This document shows, piece after piece, positions 11,610-21,757 of a stretch of 64,000 nt of DNA (position 1 is the stretch's first letter; every line of letters starts with the position of its first letter). The notes under the pieces are model-generated. The model searched no databases. It had not been told where the DNA came from and worked only from the letters and a program-made list of their open reading frames with translations. The translations under genes were made by a program, and so were the position numbers. The DNA comes from an uncultured Ruminococcus sp. (GTDB lineage Bacteria > Bacillota > Clostridia > Oscillospirales > CAG-272): NCBI GenBank assembly GCA_964622425.1, contig CAZUQN010000003.1:1166-65165 (forward strand), written 5' to 3'.

Positions 11610-13283
11610 ATGGCGTATTTATCCGACATAGAAATCGCACAGCAGTGCGAAATGAAGCATATAACCGAGATAGCGAAAAAGCTCGATATTTCGGACGACT
11701 ACATCGAGCAATACGGTAAGTACAAGGCTAAGATCGATTACAGTCTTTTGAAGGACTCGGGCAGAAAGAACGGCAAGCTTATCCTCGTTACCGCGATCAC
11801 TCCCACCGCGGCGGGTGAAGGCAAGACCACCACCACGATAGGCCTTGCTGACGGTCTTACGAGAATCGGCAAGAGATGCGCGGTAGCGCTCCGCGAGCCC
11901 TCGCTCGGTCCGGTATTCGGCATCAAGGGCGGCGCCGCGGGCGGCGGCTACGCTCAGGTAGTCCCTATGGAGGACATCAACCTCCACTTCACCGGTGACT
12001 TCCACGCTATCGGTGCGGCAAACAATCTTCTTGCCGCTATGCTCGACAACCATATCCATCAGGGCAACGCGCTCGGCATCGATATCACTAAGGTGACATG
12101 GAAGAGATGCGTTGATATGAACGACCGTCAGCTCCGCTTTATCAAGATAGGTCTTGGCGGTGAGAAAAACGGCACGCCCCGTGACGACGGCTACGATATC
12201 ACCGTAGCGTCCGAGATCATGGCGGTATTCTGTCTTGCAAGCTCGATCACCGACCTTAAGGAAAGGCTCTCGAGAATCGTTGTGGCATACACCCACGATG
12301 ACAAGCCCGTAACCGCAGGTCAGCTCGGCGCAGTAGGTGCGATGACCGCCCTTCTCAAGGACGCTCTCAAGCCTAACCTCGTACAGACTCTTGAAGGCAC
12401 ACCCGCATTCGTACACGGCGGCCCCTTCGCAAATATAGCTCACGGCTGTAACTCTGTTATAGCAACTAGGATGGCAATGAAGCTCGCGGATTACGCGGTG
12501 ACCGAGGCAGGCTTTGGCGCAGACCTCGGTGCTGAAAAATTTCTCGACATCAAGTGCCGTATGGCAGGTCTCAAGCCCGATGCTGTCGTAGTTGTCGCTA
12601 CCGTAAGAGCTCTCAAGCTCCACGGCGGTGTACCCAAGACCGAGCTAGGCACGGAGAATCTCGAGGCTCTCGAGATAGGTCTTCCAAACCTCCTCCGTCA
12701 CGTATCCAACGTCAAGAACGTATATAAGCTCCCCTGCGTGGTTGCAGTCAACCGCTTCCCCACCGACACCGATGCGGAGATCGATCTCGTTATCGAGAAG
12801 TGCCGCGAGCTCGGTGTTAACGTCCGTCTCTCTACCGTATGGGCAGACGGCGGCAAGGGCGGCGTAGAGCTCGCCGAAGAGGTCGTAAGACTCTGCGAAG
12901 AGAAGAACGACTTCACCTTCAGCTATAAGCTCGGCACCACTATCGAAGAAAAGATCGATGCTATCGTCAAGAAGGTTTACGGCGGAGACGGCGTTGTATT
13001 CACCGATGAGGCTAAGGCTGAGATCGACAGACTCACCTCTCTTGGCTACGGAGATCTTCCCGTATGTATAGCAAAGACTCAGTACAGCTTCTCCGACGAC
13101 GCCACAAAGCTTGGCGCTCCCTCGGGCTTCACAGTAACGGTAAGAAAAATAAAGGTATCGGCGGGTGCCGGCTTTATCGTAGCGCTCACCGGTAACATCA
13201 TGACAATGCCCGGACTGCCTAAGGTTCCCGCAGCTGAGAGGATCGACGTTGACGAAAACGGAAAAATCTCCGGTTTATTCTAA
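11610..13283 (+). CDS. fhs: formate-tetrahydrofolate ligase
   Basis: 557 aa. [16 protein letters not shown]-loop and [13 protein letters not shown] motif. Confidence 0.95.
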   Translation: MAYLSDIEIAQQCEMKHITEIAKKLDISDDYIEQYGKYKAKIDYSLLKDSGRKNGKLILVTAITPTAAGEGKTTTTIGLADGLTRIGKRCAVALREPSLGPVFGIKGGAAGGGYAQVVPMEDINLHFTGDFHAIGAANNLLAAMLDNHIHQGNALGIDITKVTWKRCVDMNDRQLRFIKIGLGGEKNGTPRDDGYDITVASEIMAVFCLASSITDLKERLSRIVVAYTHDDKPVTAGQLGAVGAMTALLKDALKPNLVQTLEGTPAFVHGGPFANIAHGCNSVIATRMAMKLADYAVTEAGFGADLGAEKFLDIKCRMAGLKPDAVVVVATVRALKLHGGVPKTELGTENLEALEIGLPNLLRHVSNVKNVYKLPCVVAVNRFPTDTDAEIDLVIEKCRELGVNVRLSTVWADGGKGGVELAEEVVRLCEEKNDFTFSYKLGTTIEEKIDAIVKKVYGGDGVVFTDEAKAEIDRLTSLGYGDLPVCIAKTQYSFSDDATKLGAPSGFTVTVRKIKVSAGAGFIVALTGNIMTMPGLPKVPAAERIDVDENGKISGLF

Positions 13284-13320
13284 TTTAAGTTTACAAATCT
13301 ACTAATTTTGAGGTAATAAT

Positions 13321-14322
13321 ATGAATTCCAATATCAGACCTGAAAATATGACTCGTATTACAACCAAGGAGCTTGCAGATGCTTTTATCGATGAGCAGGT
13401 AAGACGTGTGCGCGAGCAGGTAGGCGACAAGAAGGTGCTCCTTGCCCTCTCGGGCGGAGTTGACAGCTCTGTTGTTGCCGCCCTCCTCATCAAGGCAATC
13501 GGTAAGCAGCTTGTTTCCGTGCACGTTAACCACGGCCTTATGCGTAAGGGCGAGAGCGAGCAGGTAATCGAAATATTCGAGAAGGGCCTTAATGCCAATC
13601 TCGTTTACGTTGACGCAAGCGAGCGTTTCTTAAATCTCCTTGCAGGTGTCAGCGAGCCCGAGAAGAAGAGAAAGATCATCGGCGCTGAGTTTATCAACGT
13701 TTTCGCTGAGGAAGCGTCCAAGCTCGAGGGCATCGAATTCCTTGCTCAGGGCACTATCTATCCCGACATTCTCGAGAGCATCAAGCAGGCAGAGGGCAAG
13801 AAGGCGGTCAAGTCGCACCACAACGTAGGCGGACTCCCCGAAGACCTTCAGTTTGAGCTTGTTGAGCCCCTGAAGCTTCTCTTCAAGGACGAGGTAAGAG
13901 TCGTTGGTGAGGCTCTCGGCCTTCCCCACGGTATGGTCTACCGTCAGCCCTTCCCCGGCCCCGGCCTCGGTGTAAGATGCCTCGGCGCGATCACCCGCGA
14001 CAGACTCGAGGCACTCAGAGAGGCAGACGCTATCCTCCGCGATGAGTTTGACAAGTGCGGTCTCGCCGAGAAGGTATGGCAGTACTTCATCGCTATTCCC
14101 GACATCAAGAGCGTTGGCGTTAAGGACGAGAGCCGCTACGAGGGTTGGCCCGCAATTATCCGCGCTGTCAATACCACCGACGCAATGAGCGCAACCATCG
14201 AGGAGATTCCCTACGCAGTGCTTCATAAGATCACCGCAAGAATCACCAATGAGGTTGAGGGAATCAATAGAGTTCTCTACGATCTTACACCTAAGCCTAC
14301 GGGAACAATCGAATGGGAGTGA
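13321..14322 (+). CDS. guaA: GMP synthase ATP-pyrophosphatase subunit (no glutamine amidotransferase domain)
   Basis: 333 aa. The SGGVDSS PP-loop lies about 50 aa from the N-terminus, and the C-terminus TGTIEWE matches the GuaA dimerisation end. Only 37 nt separate it from fhs, so no GATase domain can be encoded upstream. Confidence 0.85.
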   Translation: MNSNIRPENMTRITTKELADAFIDEQVRRVREQVGDKKVLLALSGGVDSSVVAALLIKAIGKQLVSVHVNHGLMRKGESEQVIEIFEKGLNANLVYVDASERFLNLLAGVSEPEKKRKIIGAEFINVFAEEASKLEGIEFLAQGTIYPDILESIKQAEGKKAVKSHHNVGGLPEDLQFELVEPLKLLFKDEVRVVGEALGLPHGMVYRQPFPGPGLGVRCLGAITRDRLEALREADAILRDEFDKCGLAEKVWQYFIAIPDIKSVGVKDESRYEGWPAIIRAVNTTDAMSATIEEIPYAVLHKITARITNEVEGINRVLYDLTPKPTGTIEWE

Positions 14323-14511
14323 CTTTCGCGCCGCGAAAGTCAACTATGATTGCCTGACGGCAAGTTATGATACGCTTCGCGTAAGTTTAAATGCTCGCTA
14401 CGGCTCGCATAAAGTTAGATAGGCAATCATTTCATAACGAGTGCATAGCACTCTCATAACTTTCACGCAGTGAAATCATAACGTTCGCTTTGTGAACTCA
14501 TAACTTTAAAC
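14321..14511. repeat. mini-hairpin array with constant word TCATAAC (family copy 1 of 3)
   Basis: Starts on the guaA stop codon. Example units: gagtgcATAgcactc TCATAAC tttcacGCAgtgaaa TCATAAC gttcgcTTTgtgaac TCATAAC. The left half carries the reverse word GTTATGA. Confidence 0.7.
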
Positions 14512-14582
14512 TAAGCACTTCGAGGTTTGATTACGACTAATATCATTCCGAAAAGCGAACCATCTTAAAAAGAGCAAGAGCT

Positions 14583-16925
14583 ATGCAAAACTACGAAAAA
14601 ACTTTACACGCCTATGGGGATATCGATTCTCTGAAGGATTTGATAGCCTCATTTGACGACTCTGTCTTTGGCGAGCCGATAGGCGATATTTTCACCTCGC
14701 CCTTCCCTCACCCGCCCGTATATCCGACAGCGGGTATGCACCCGAGAGTTATAGTAAATGCGGGTGACCTTGAGAGAATCAAGCCGAGCATTACAAAGCC
14801 GCAGAATAAGTCCGCATACGAGTCATACCTCTCCTACACCGAGTGTCTAATGACCGGCGAATACGCAGGCAGCACCTTTGAGCTCCTCACAAGAATCGAG
14901 GCAAAGGCCTTCCGCTATCTTCTCACGGGCGAGAAGCTCTACGGCTACCAAGCCATATACAATATAAGAAACGCAATTCTCACCGCAGAGCACATAGAGA
15001 TCGATCCCTACCGCGCTTACGGACTGACGATGTATATCGCGGCGTGCGTGTACGACTGGTGCTATGATCTGCTCTCCGACACGGACAAGGATCAGATAGT
15101 GCGAGGCTGCATCAACCTTCTTGCTAAGCGTATGGAGGTCGGTTGTCCTCCGTCCAAGGTCGGCGCAATCGCGCATCACACGGTAGAGTGCCAGATCCTC
15201 AGAAGCTATCTCTCCTTTGCGATAGCGACCTATGACGAATATCCCGAGATATACGAATACGTGGCAGGCCGTCTTTATAGCGACATTGTACCCGCGCAGA
15301 ACTTCATGCTCGCGACGGGCAAGCACTGGGAGGGCGCATACTACGCCCCCTTCAGATACTGCAACCTGCTCGACGCGCAAAACCTTATGCTCGCGATGAG
15401 CGAGGGCAAGTGCGAGATGTTTGACTCCGGGAATCTACACGAGGTTGCAAGCGCCTTTATGGACTTCACTCTCCCCGGCCTCACGTATGACAGAATACAC
15501 GTCTTTGAGCTCGGTGACGTTGCGGCAACGACCTTTGAGGATTACTTCTCCTCGTCATTCTTCGCGTCCTGTATGTTTGGTGACGCGGCGCTGAAGGGCT
15601 TCTCCTTTAAGTGTTATAACGACAAAACCGACTTTGACAGCCTGATGAACAACACCTGGATATCTGCTGTCAGATACCTTATACACAACGATCCCGATCT
15701 TGAGCCCACCGACCCCTTCGCGGGCAGAGATCTTGTCAGAATGGCAAAGTATCCATGCACCACCGCATTCGCAAGAAGCGCGTGGAATGACAAGGATGCC
15801 GTCGCCGTCTATATGACGATGCCTGAGTTCTATTCCGCGAGCCATTCCCACGCCGAGGCAGGCTCCTTCCAGATCTACTATAAGGGTATGTTAGCCTCGG
15901 ATTCGGGCTATTATACTTCACACGGCATAGGACATCACTCGGCATACACAAGACAAACCATATCCTCAAACTCCATTCTAATCTACAATCCCGCCCTCGC
16001 CGAAAGGGGCACGTGGAATAAGGGCGAGATAAACGAGCACCCCTACTCGGGCGGTCAGTCCTTGGTGCAAGACATCACAAGAATCGTCTGTCCCTACACT
16101 CTCGAGTCGGCAAAGACGTGCGCCGCTATGGACCAGCTTAAGGTCATAGGCAAGGCGTATGAGGTAAAGAATGAACGCCTAGGATACGTCTACCTCGCGG
16201 GTGATATGACAAAGGCATACGACAAGGAAAGCGTCGACGAGGTAACTCGCCACATGATATCGGTTATGACCGAGGACGAAAATATCCCCATGGTGTTTGC
16301 TACCTTTGACCGCATCACCGCAAAGGACAAGAGCTTCAAAAAGACGGTGCTTTTGCACAGTAAGACCGCACCCGTGTTAACTGATGACGGCTTTATCGTC
16401 ATTACCAATACTAAAGATGCAAATAGCGGCAGGCTTGTCGTCAAGGCACTCCTTACCGATATGACCGTAACCGTTTTCGGTGATGACAACGGTGAAGAAT
16501 ACACTATCGGCGGCAAGGTATACAGGCCCGACAGCTACGATACCTCAGATCCCGACTACCGCATCGACCTCTGCCCCGCTGCCGAAGCGGAAACCGACCG
16601 TATTCTCACCCTTATGTACGTGACCGACGCAGAGAATGACTCCCCGCTCATTGAGGCAAAGGAGATACGCTCGGAAAAACTCCTCGGAGCATCTATTCTC
16701 GGAAAAGCGCTCCTCTTCCCTAAGGAGTCAGAGACGCTCACGGGCAGTCTTTCCTTCACCACCGAGGAAGAAGGCGCACTTCACTACTACGTCATGGGTG
16801 TAAGCGGCGGAGAGTGGACCGTAGAAGCGAACGGAAGGACGGTAACCAAGGCTTCCGTCAAGGATAACGAAGGTATTCTCACCTTCACCGCGCCCGCAGG
16901 CAACATAATCTTAAAAATGGTGTAA
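14583..16925 (+). CDS. heparinase II/III-like (polysaccharide lyase-like) protein
   Basis: 780 aa. The HSHAEAGSFQIYYKG motif resembles the heparinase II/III C-terminal signature. No obvious signal peptide and a weak SD. Confidence 0.5.
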   Translation: MQNYEKTLHAYGDIDSLKDLIASFDDSVFGEPIGDIFTSPFPHPPVYPTAGMHPRVIVNAGDLERIKPSITKPQNKSAYESYLSYTECLMTGEYAGSTFELLTRIEAKAFRYLLTGEKLYGYQAIYNIRNAILTAEHIEIDPYRAYGLTMYIAACVYDWCYDLLSDTDKDQIVRGCINLLAKRMEVGCPPSKVGAIAHHTVECQILRSYLSFAIATYDEYPEIYEYVAGRLYSDIVPAQNFMLATGKHWEGAYYAPFRYCNLLDAQNLMLAMSEGKCEMFDSGNLHEVASAFMDFTLPGLTYDRIHVFELGDVAATTFEDYFSSSFFASCMFGDAALKGFSFKCYNDKTDFDSLMNNTWISAVRYLIHNDPDLEPTDPFAGRDLVRMAKYPCTTAFARSAWNDKDAVAVYMTMPEFYSASHSHAEAGSFQIYYKGMLASDSGYYTSHGIGHHSAYTRQTISSNSILIYNPALAERGTWNKGEINEHPYSGGQSLVQDITRIVCPYTLESAKTCAAMDQLKVIGKAYEVKNERLGYVYLAGDMTKAYDKESVDEVTRHMISVMTEDENIPMVFATFDRITAKDKSFKKTVLLHSKTAPVLTDDGFIVITNTKDANSGRLVVKALLTDMTVTVFGDDNGEEYTIGGKVYRPDSYDTSDPDYRIDLCPAAEAETDRILTLMYVTDAENDSPLIEAKEIRSEKLLGASILGKALLFPKESETLTGSLSFTTEEEGALHYYVMGVSGGEWTVEANGRTVTKASVKDNEGILTFTAPAGNIILKMV

Positions 16926-16933
16926 AAACCATA

Positions 16934-16962
16934 TTGACAAATCACTTCCTTTGAGTTATAAT
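16934..16962 (+). promoter_or_regulatory. consensus sigma-A type promoter upstream of guaB
   Basis: TTGACA (16934-16939), a 17-nt spacer, then TATAAT (16957-16962), 40 nt before the guaB ATG. Confidence 0.55.
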
Positions 16963-17002
16963 AATCAAAATTATAAAAAATGTATCATAAAAGGAGAAAA
17001 GC

Positions 17003-18508
17003 ATGGCTACTTACTTTAACGAACCCTCGCGCACCTTCTCGGAGTATCTTCTCGTACCCGGCTACACCGACGAGAGATGTATCCCCGGTAACGTTTCTCT
17101 TAAGACTCCCCTCGTAAAGTATCGCAAGGGTGAGGAGGAATGTCCCATAACGCTCAATATTCCTCTCACCTCCGCAATTATGCAGTCGGTTTCCAACGAC
17201 ACGATGGCTATCGCACTCGCCAAGGAAGGCGGCATCTCGTTCATCTACGGCAACCAGACCATCGAGGACGAAGCGGCAATGGTAGCAAGAGTTAAGGGCT
17301 ACAAGGCAGGCTTTGTAGTAAGTGACTCCAACCTCAAGCCCACCGATACACTCCGTGACGTGCTCGCACTCTTTGAGGAAAAGGGTCATAGCACCATGGC
17401 TGTCACAGAGGACGGCACCGCGACAGGTAAGCTTGTCGGTATCGTAACCGGCCGTGACTACCGTGTAAGCCGTATGAACGGTGACGAGCTTGTTTCCTCC
17501 TTTATGACTCCCCTTGAGAAGCTTATCACAGCTCCCGCCTCCACTACTCTTAAGAAGGCTAACGACATCATCTGGGATCACAAGCTCAATTCCCTTCCCA
17601 TCGTTGATAAGAAGGGCAACCTCAAGTACTTCGTATTCCGTAAGGACTACTCCCAGCACAAGAGCAATCCCGACGAGCTCCTCGATAAGAACAAGAGCTA
17701 CGTTGTAGGCGCAGGTGTAAACACCCGTGACTATGAAAAGAGAATTCCCGCTCTCGTTAAGGCAGGTGCGGACGTGCTCTGTATCGACTCCTCCGAGGGC
17801 TACACCATCTGGCAGAAGAGAACCATCGACTTCGTACGTGAGAAGTACGGCGACAAGGTAAAGATCGGCGCAGGTAACGTTGTTGACCGTGAGGGCTTCA
17901 GATTCCTCGCAGAGGCAGGCGCAGACTTCATCAAGGTTGGTATCGGCGGCGGCTCTATCTGTATCACCCGTGAGACCAAGGGTATCGGCAGAGGACAGGC
18001 AAGCGCGGTTATCGAGGTTGCCGAGGCTCGTGACGAGTACTTCCGCGAGACCGGTATCTACGTTCCTATCTGCTCCGACGGCGGTATCGTACACGACTAC
18101 CATATGACTCTCGCTCTCGCTATGGGCGCAGACTTCCTTATGCTCGGCAGATACTTCGCAAGATTTGACGAGTCCCCCACACCCAAGACCATGATCAACG
18201 GTCAGTACGTTAAGGAGTACTGGGGCGAGGGCTCCAACCGCGCGAGAAACTGGCAGAGATACGACCTCGGCGGCAAGGCAAGCCTCAACTTTGAGGAGGG
18301 CGTTGACTCCTACGTAACCTACGCAGGACCTCTCCACGATAACGTAGAGCGCTCACTCTATAAGGTTAAGTCCACTATGTGCAACTGCGGCGCCATCACT
18401 ATTCCCGAGCTTCAGGAAAAGGCAAAGCTCACCGTAGTCAGCTCCACAAGTATCGTCGAGGGCGGCTACCACGACGTAATGCTCAGAAATACTACGACAG
18501 TTAAGTAA
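17003..18508 (+). CDS. guaB: IMP dehydrogenase
   Basis: 501 aa. Catalytic-loop motif [12 protein letters not shown], an inserted CBS-like region, and a strong SD (AAAGGAG). Confidence 0.88.
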   Translation: MATYFNEPSRTFSEYLLVPGYTDERCIPGNVSLKTPLVKYRKGEEECPITLNIPLTSAIMQSVSNDTMAIALAKEGGISFIYGNQTIEDEAAMVARVKGYKAGFVVSDSNLKPTDTLRDVLALFEEKGHSTMAVTEDGTATGKLVGIVTGRDYRVSRMNGDELVSSFMTPLEKLITAPASTTLKKANDIIWDHKLNSLPIVDKKGNLKYFVFRKDYSQHKSNPDELLDKNKSYVVGAGVNTRDYEKRIPALVKAGADVLCIDSSEGYTIWQKRTIDFVREKYGDKVKIGAGNVVDREGFRFLAEAGADFIKVGIGGGSICITRETKGIGRGQASAVIEVAEARDEYFRETGIYVPICSDGGIVHDYHMTLALAMGADFLMLGRYFARFDESPTPKTMINGQYVKEYWGEGSNRARNWQRYDLGGKASLNFEEGVDSYVTYAGPLHDNVERSLYKVKSTMCNCGAITIPELQEKAKLTVVSSTSIVEGGYHDVMLRNTTTVK

Positions 18509-18905
18509 TGGGGCCAACGCCCATTAACTAAGCTTGTCAAGGACAAGCTTAACTTCACTCGGGCTTCGCCCGAACTTCACTCGCACTCCGCGCGAACTTC
18601 ACCAAATACAGTTCATGCAAAGAAGCAAATTACACAAATAACAGGCTGAAAAGCAAACAAAAGTGCTCATTATGGCGTTGTGTTCTCTAGAAACGCAACG
18701 CCAACTCTATTCGCCTCTCGGCGGGCTCTATTGCTAAAGCAGTTATATTGCTCCGCAGTTCTATTCACTTCGCGAGTTTGAAGTTAGAGGCGAATAGAAT
18801 ACAACTGTGAGGCAAAGCCGAACAATATAACTTCCCGACAGGGAAATATCACTTTTGCGTAGCAAAAATATCATGCTGTCATAGACAGCATATCACTAAA
18901 AGCTA
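18509..18905. repeat. long mini-hairpin array with words ACTTCAC and ATATCAC
   Basis: Example units: aagcttgtcAAGgacaagctt AACTTCAC tcgggcTTCgcccga ACTTCAC tcgcacTCCgcgcga ACTTCAC ... ttcccGACAgggaa ATATCAC ttttgcGTAgcaaaa ATATCA tgctgtcATAgacagca TATCAC. Confidence 0.65.
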
Positions 18906-18947
18906 TCAGATAATGCGCGCTTTCTCACCGCCAAAGGTGCAGGCGCG

Positions 18948-18988
18948 AAAAAAGCCGATACGGATCTATTTCCGTATCGGCTTTTTTC
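18948..18988. terminator. bidirectional rho-independent terminator between guaB and the convergent lipoprotein gene
   Basis: aaaaaAGCCGATACGGAtctatTCCGTATCGGCTtttttt: a 12-bp stem flanked by an A-run and a T-run. Confidence 0.75.
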
Positions 18989-19035
18989 TGTCTTTTAGAG
19001 CACTGTTTAAAACGAATGAGCACTTTTTTATTTTA

Positions 19036-20109
19036 TTAATCGTCGGAGTAGACAGCCGACACCGAGTAGTAATACGTTTCATCCTCGAAATAGGCGCTAA
19101 CACCGTCCTCTTCCATAAGAATATAAACGTTAATATCTCCAAGCTTATAGACGAAGAATCTTTCGGGATATTTTTCAAGGAAAATCGAAACCAAAGAAGG
19201 ATAGGTTTTTCCCGTTTCTTTGTCTAAATACAGTCTACCGTTTGCTTTATCTGATGCGTAGAACGTCATTGAGCGTAATGGACTTTCGGGATTTGTACAA
19301 TCCGGATCGATCACGCTATAGTTTATACCGAAGCTATTCATAGTATCTCTTCCGGCACCCGCGCTTATCTTAGCAGACATAGGCAAGCTCATAGAAACGT
19401 CAATGCTCGAAACAGGGTTCTCCTTCACCGTATCAAATTTTGAAGGATAGTATACAGAGTCCTTTAAGTATTGCAGGTAATCCGTAGCGATGTAGCCCGG
19501 ATTGCTTTCGTCCTCCGCAGCGTCGTAGCTCCAATACTTTATCTTGCCTACGTAATCATTATCAAGCGTTGTAAAGTTGCTCTCATCCATTCCAACGTAC
19601 GGCTCCTTGAATTCGTAGCGCTTTATGGAAAGCAACATTTCTTTAAACTCGGGATACTTATTAAGATCGTCAAGAGAATTCGGAACTACGTATCCGTGTC
19701 CCTCAAAATTGTAATCAACAACGTTATAATTAACCTTGACGGTCTTTCCCTTGTATACAAAGCTCAGTTCATTTCCGTCACCTAACTCATAGAGATAAAT
19801 TAAAAAAACAATCTCTTTCTGACTCTTTCTGCTATATGCATACGATACAACCGTGTTTTCGTGATTGCAATCGATCTTAATATCCTTGTAGGTTTCGTCG
19901 GTAATATCCTCGCCATATAGTTTTACGGTGATTTTAGTCTCAGTCGCAATTTCAAAATCAAGCGTGTCGGAGCCCGAAACACCGTCAATAGTTACCTGAA
20001 ACGCCGTGTTTCCTTTCGACCACGATTTACCAATATCTCCGCAACCGAACAGCGAAAAACACATCGTCAATACAATAACCAAAAGCAAAATTTTAGCTGT
20101 TGTTTTCAT
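19036..20109 (-). CDS. lipoprotein of unknown function
   Basis: Preferred start is the ATG at 20109, preceded by GGAGGTAAG. The N-terminus MKTTAKILLLVIVLTMCFSLFGC carries a lipobox. The track ORF extends further upstream without an SD. Confidence 0.6.
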   Translation of the reverse strand: MKTTAKILLLVIVLTMCFSLFGCGDIGKSWSKGNTAFQVTIDGVSGSDTLDFEIATETKITVKLYGEDITDETYKDIKIDCNHENTVVSYAYSRKSQKEIVFLIYLYELGDGNELSFVYKGKTVKVNYNVVDYNFEGHGYVVPNSLDDLNKYPEFKEMLLSIKRYEFKEPYVGMDESNFTTLDNDYVGKIKYWSYDAAEDESNPGYIATDYLQYLKDSVYYPSKFDTVKENPVSSIDVSMSLPMSAKISAGAGRDTMNSFGINYSVIDPDCTNPESPLRSMTFYASDKANGRLYLDKETGKTYPSLVSIFLEKYPERFFVYKLGDINVYILMEEDGVSAYFEDETYYYSVSAVYSDD

Positions 20110-20217
20110 CTTTCTTACCTCCTTTACGATTATAGTATATATCATTTTTTGATAATTGTCAATAGTTGTAAGTTCTGCCATAAACAGCAATGTTTCCAAA
20201 GCATCTCTGAACAACGC

Positions 20218-21534
20218 TTATTCTCTCTCTTCTTCATCCTCAGTACCCATAATTATGCTGTGTCCGGGCGCCCATGCATCACGGGTATATCCGCAATATA
20301 TACAACTGGAATATCGCGGAGACATTTGCTTGAATAAGTGCATTTCCGTATATTCATACCCACAACTGCAGATAGACTTATGTAATGAGTTGGATATAAT
20401 ACTGTTGGAAGCATGGTTATGAGTCTCCGTTATTAAGTCTCCCCATACACATTCATACGTATGGCTGGTTGCATTTGAAGATATTAAGGTACCGCTACTA
20501 TTATGCACGTGCTTAGGATGCAAATCACCGTAAAATTCACATGCACACGCCACTCCCCCATCTGATAATACATAGTTATTTGAGCAACCGTGTGGGATCA
20601 TAGCCTCGTTGATCTCAAACCAAAGTATCCCTATATTCATGTTATAAGGCATATCAGATAGATTTTGACAATATGCATATTCACCCGTTGTATCTCTCCA
20701 GCCTGTGTGCATAACAAAATCAACAACCTCTCCGTTTTCCTTTTTTACGTCATAAGCTATCATCCTGTGACCCGTTTTCTTCGGAAATAGTTCATTACCG
20801 GTATATCCGTCAGCATATCTTGCACCTCTATACATAACAGGAATACCACTATCCACCAACTCCGCCATTTTGCTAATTACATAATCGGATGAATGTCCAT
20901 CGTTTGTGCTTAAATAATTGATTTTTAGCGGTAATTGAGCATCGGCAGGATTATAAAAACCGTACGGATCAAAATAAGTGTAGTTACCAAAGATATCGTC
21001 AAAGTAGATATCGAGTAAAAGTCCTGTTTCATATAGACTCGCGGCGTATTCATCATTTTGAATCAAGCCATCATAATATCCCTCGTCGATTCCAATTCCT
21101 ATAAGGTCCAGGTGCAAATAGCCCGCATTTTGATACATATTAACAAAATTTATATAATACTCTTCGCGGCTTAATGTCCCACCTGAAGCCACATATTGGC
21201 TATACTGTGATGAAAAGAGATTATTCTCCGTTCTAATTGTGGAATATCCATTAATTAACGCAGAGTCTGTGTACGCTACACTCCAATCATATTGAGCATC
21301 AACAAAACTATCATTCCAATAGGTGTCGTAATAAGCGAGAAGCATGCTCATGGCAACGTAGCCACAGCTGCCAACAACGTTGTTGGGTATATTTCTCTTC
21401 AACTCAGAAAAGTATTTATCCGCGCTGGAGCTATACGTTTCTTCATCAGCAGAAGATGTCAGCACAAACACAGTTGAAACCAAAATAGAGAAAACAATGA
21501 TAATGGATATTATCTTTTTAACAGTTCTTTTCAT
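20218..21534 (-). CDS. secreted protein: possible papain-like cysteine peptidase domain plus a Cys/His-rich C-terminal region
   Basis: Start at 21534 after AAGGAGG. Signal peptide MKRTVKKIISIIIVFSILVSTVFVLTSSA. GSCGYVAMSMLLAYYD and TGHRMIAYD are candidate Cys and His sites. The C-terminus carries HxH motifs flanked by Cys. Confidence 0.4.
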   Translation of the reverse strand: MKRTVKKIISIIIVFSILVSTVFVLTSSADEETYSSSADKYFSELKRNIPNNVVGSCGYVAMSMLLAYYDTYWNDSFVDAQYDWSVAYTDSALINGYSTIRTENNLFSSQYSQYVASGGTLSREEYYINFVNMYQNAGYLHLDLIGIGIDEGYYDGLIQNDEYAASLYETGLLLDIYFDDIFGNYTYFDPYGFYNPADAQLPLKINYLSTNDGHSSDYVISKMAELVDSGIPVMYRGARYADGYTGNELFPKKTGHRMIAYDVKKENGEVVDFVMHTGWRDTTGEYAYCQNLSDMPYNMNIGILWFEINEAMIPHGCSNNYVLSDGGVACACEFYGDLHPKHVHNSSGTLISSNATSHTYECVWGDLITETHNHASNSIISNSLHKSICSCGYEYTEMHLFKQMSPRYSSCIYCGYTRDAWAPGHSIIMGTEDEEERE

Positions 21535-21714
21535 AAAGCCTCCTTGTTTTTCAATCAAATATCAAAAGAATAAAAATGTGTTTAATGACAATTCAAAAGT
21601 TGAATTCAGTCTTACTTCTGCATTGGCGTATACCTCCTCTAAAATGTCTGTTCATATATATAAATCCTTTTTCGATCAAATTCGTTACATAATAATTGTA
21701 ATGTTCACAAAGTA

Positions 21715-21746
21715 TTAACAAAAGCACCCTCAAAAGAAGGTGCTTT
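21715..21746 (-). terminator. terminator after the 136-aa secreted protein gene
   Basis: Minus-strand hairpin AAGCACC...GGTGCTT followed by TTTTG. Confidence 0.5.
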
Positions 21747-21757
21747 CGCGGTTTTTC

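Noticed and set aside
10181-11629. Long antisense ORFs opposite well-supported genes: 10181-11629, 16985-18337, 11619-12623, 25935-26726, 26659-27702, 40697-42004, 41880-43310, 43650-44345, 44633-45340.
   Set aside because: They fully overlap genes with clear family motifs on the other strand. They have low-complexity, Arg/Ser/Leu/Val-rich translations, no SD sequences and no recognisable motifs. They are shadow ORFs typical of codon-biased coding DNA.
14321-14511. The hairpin-word arrays as CRISPR arrays.
   Set aside because: The constant units are only 7-8 nt and the variable units are 13-21 nt self-complementary palindromes. There is no leader and no cas genes in the window. This is not CRISPR architecture.
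18913-19227. A 104-aa plus-strand ORF downstream of guaB.
   Set aside because: It begins inside the hairpin array, crosses the strong terminator and overlaps the 3' end of the convergent lipoprotein gene. The sequence is hydrophobic and low-complexity with no SD.
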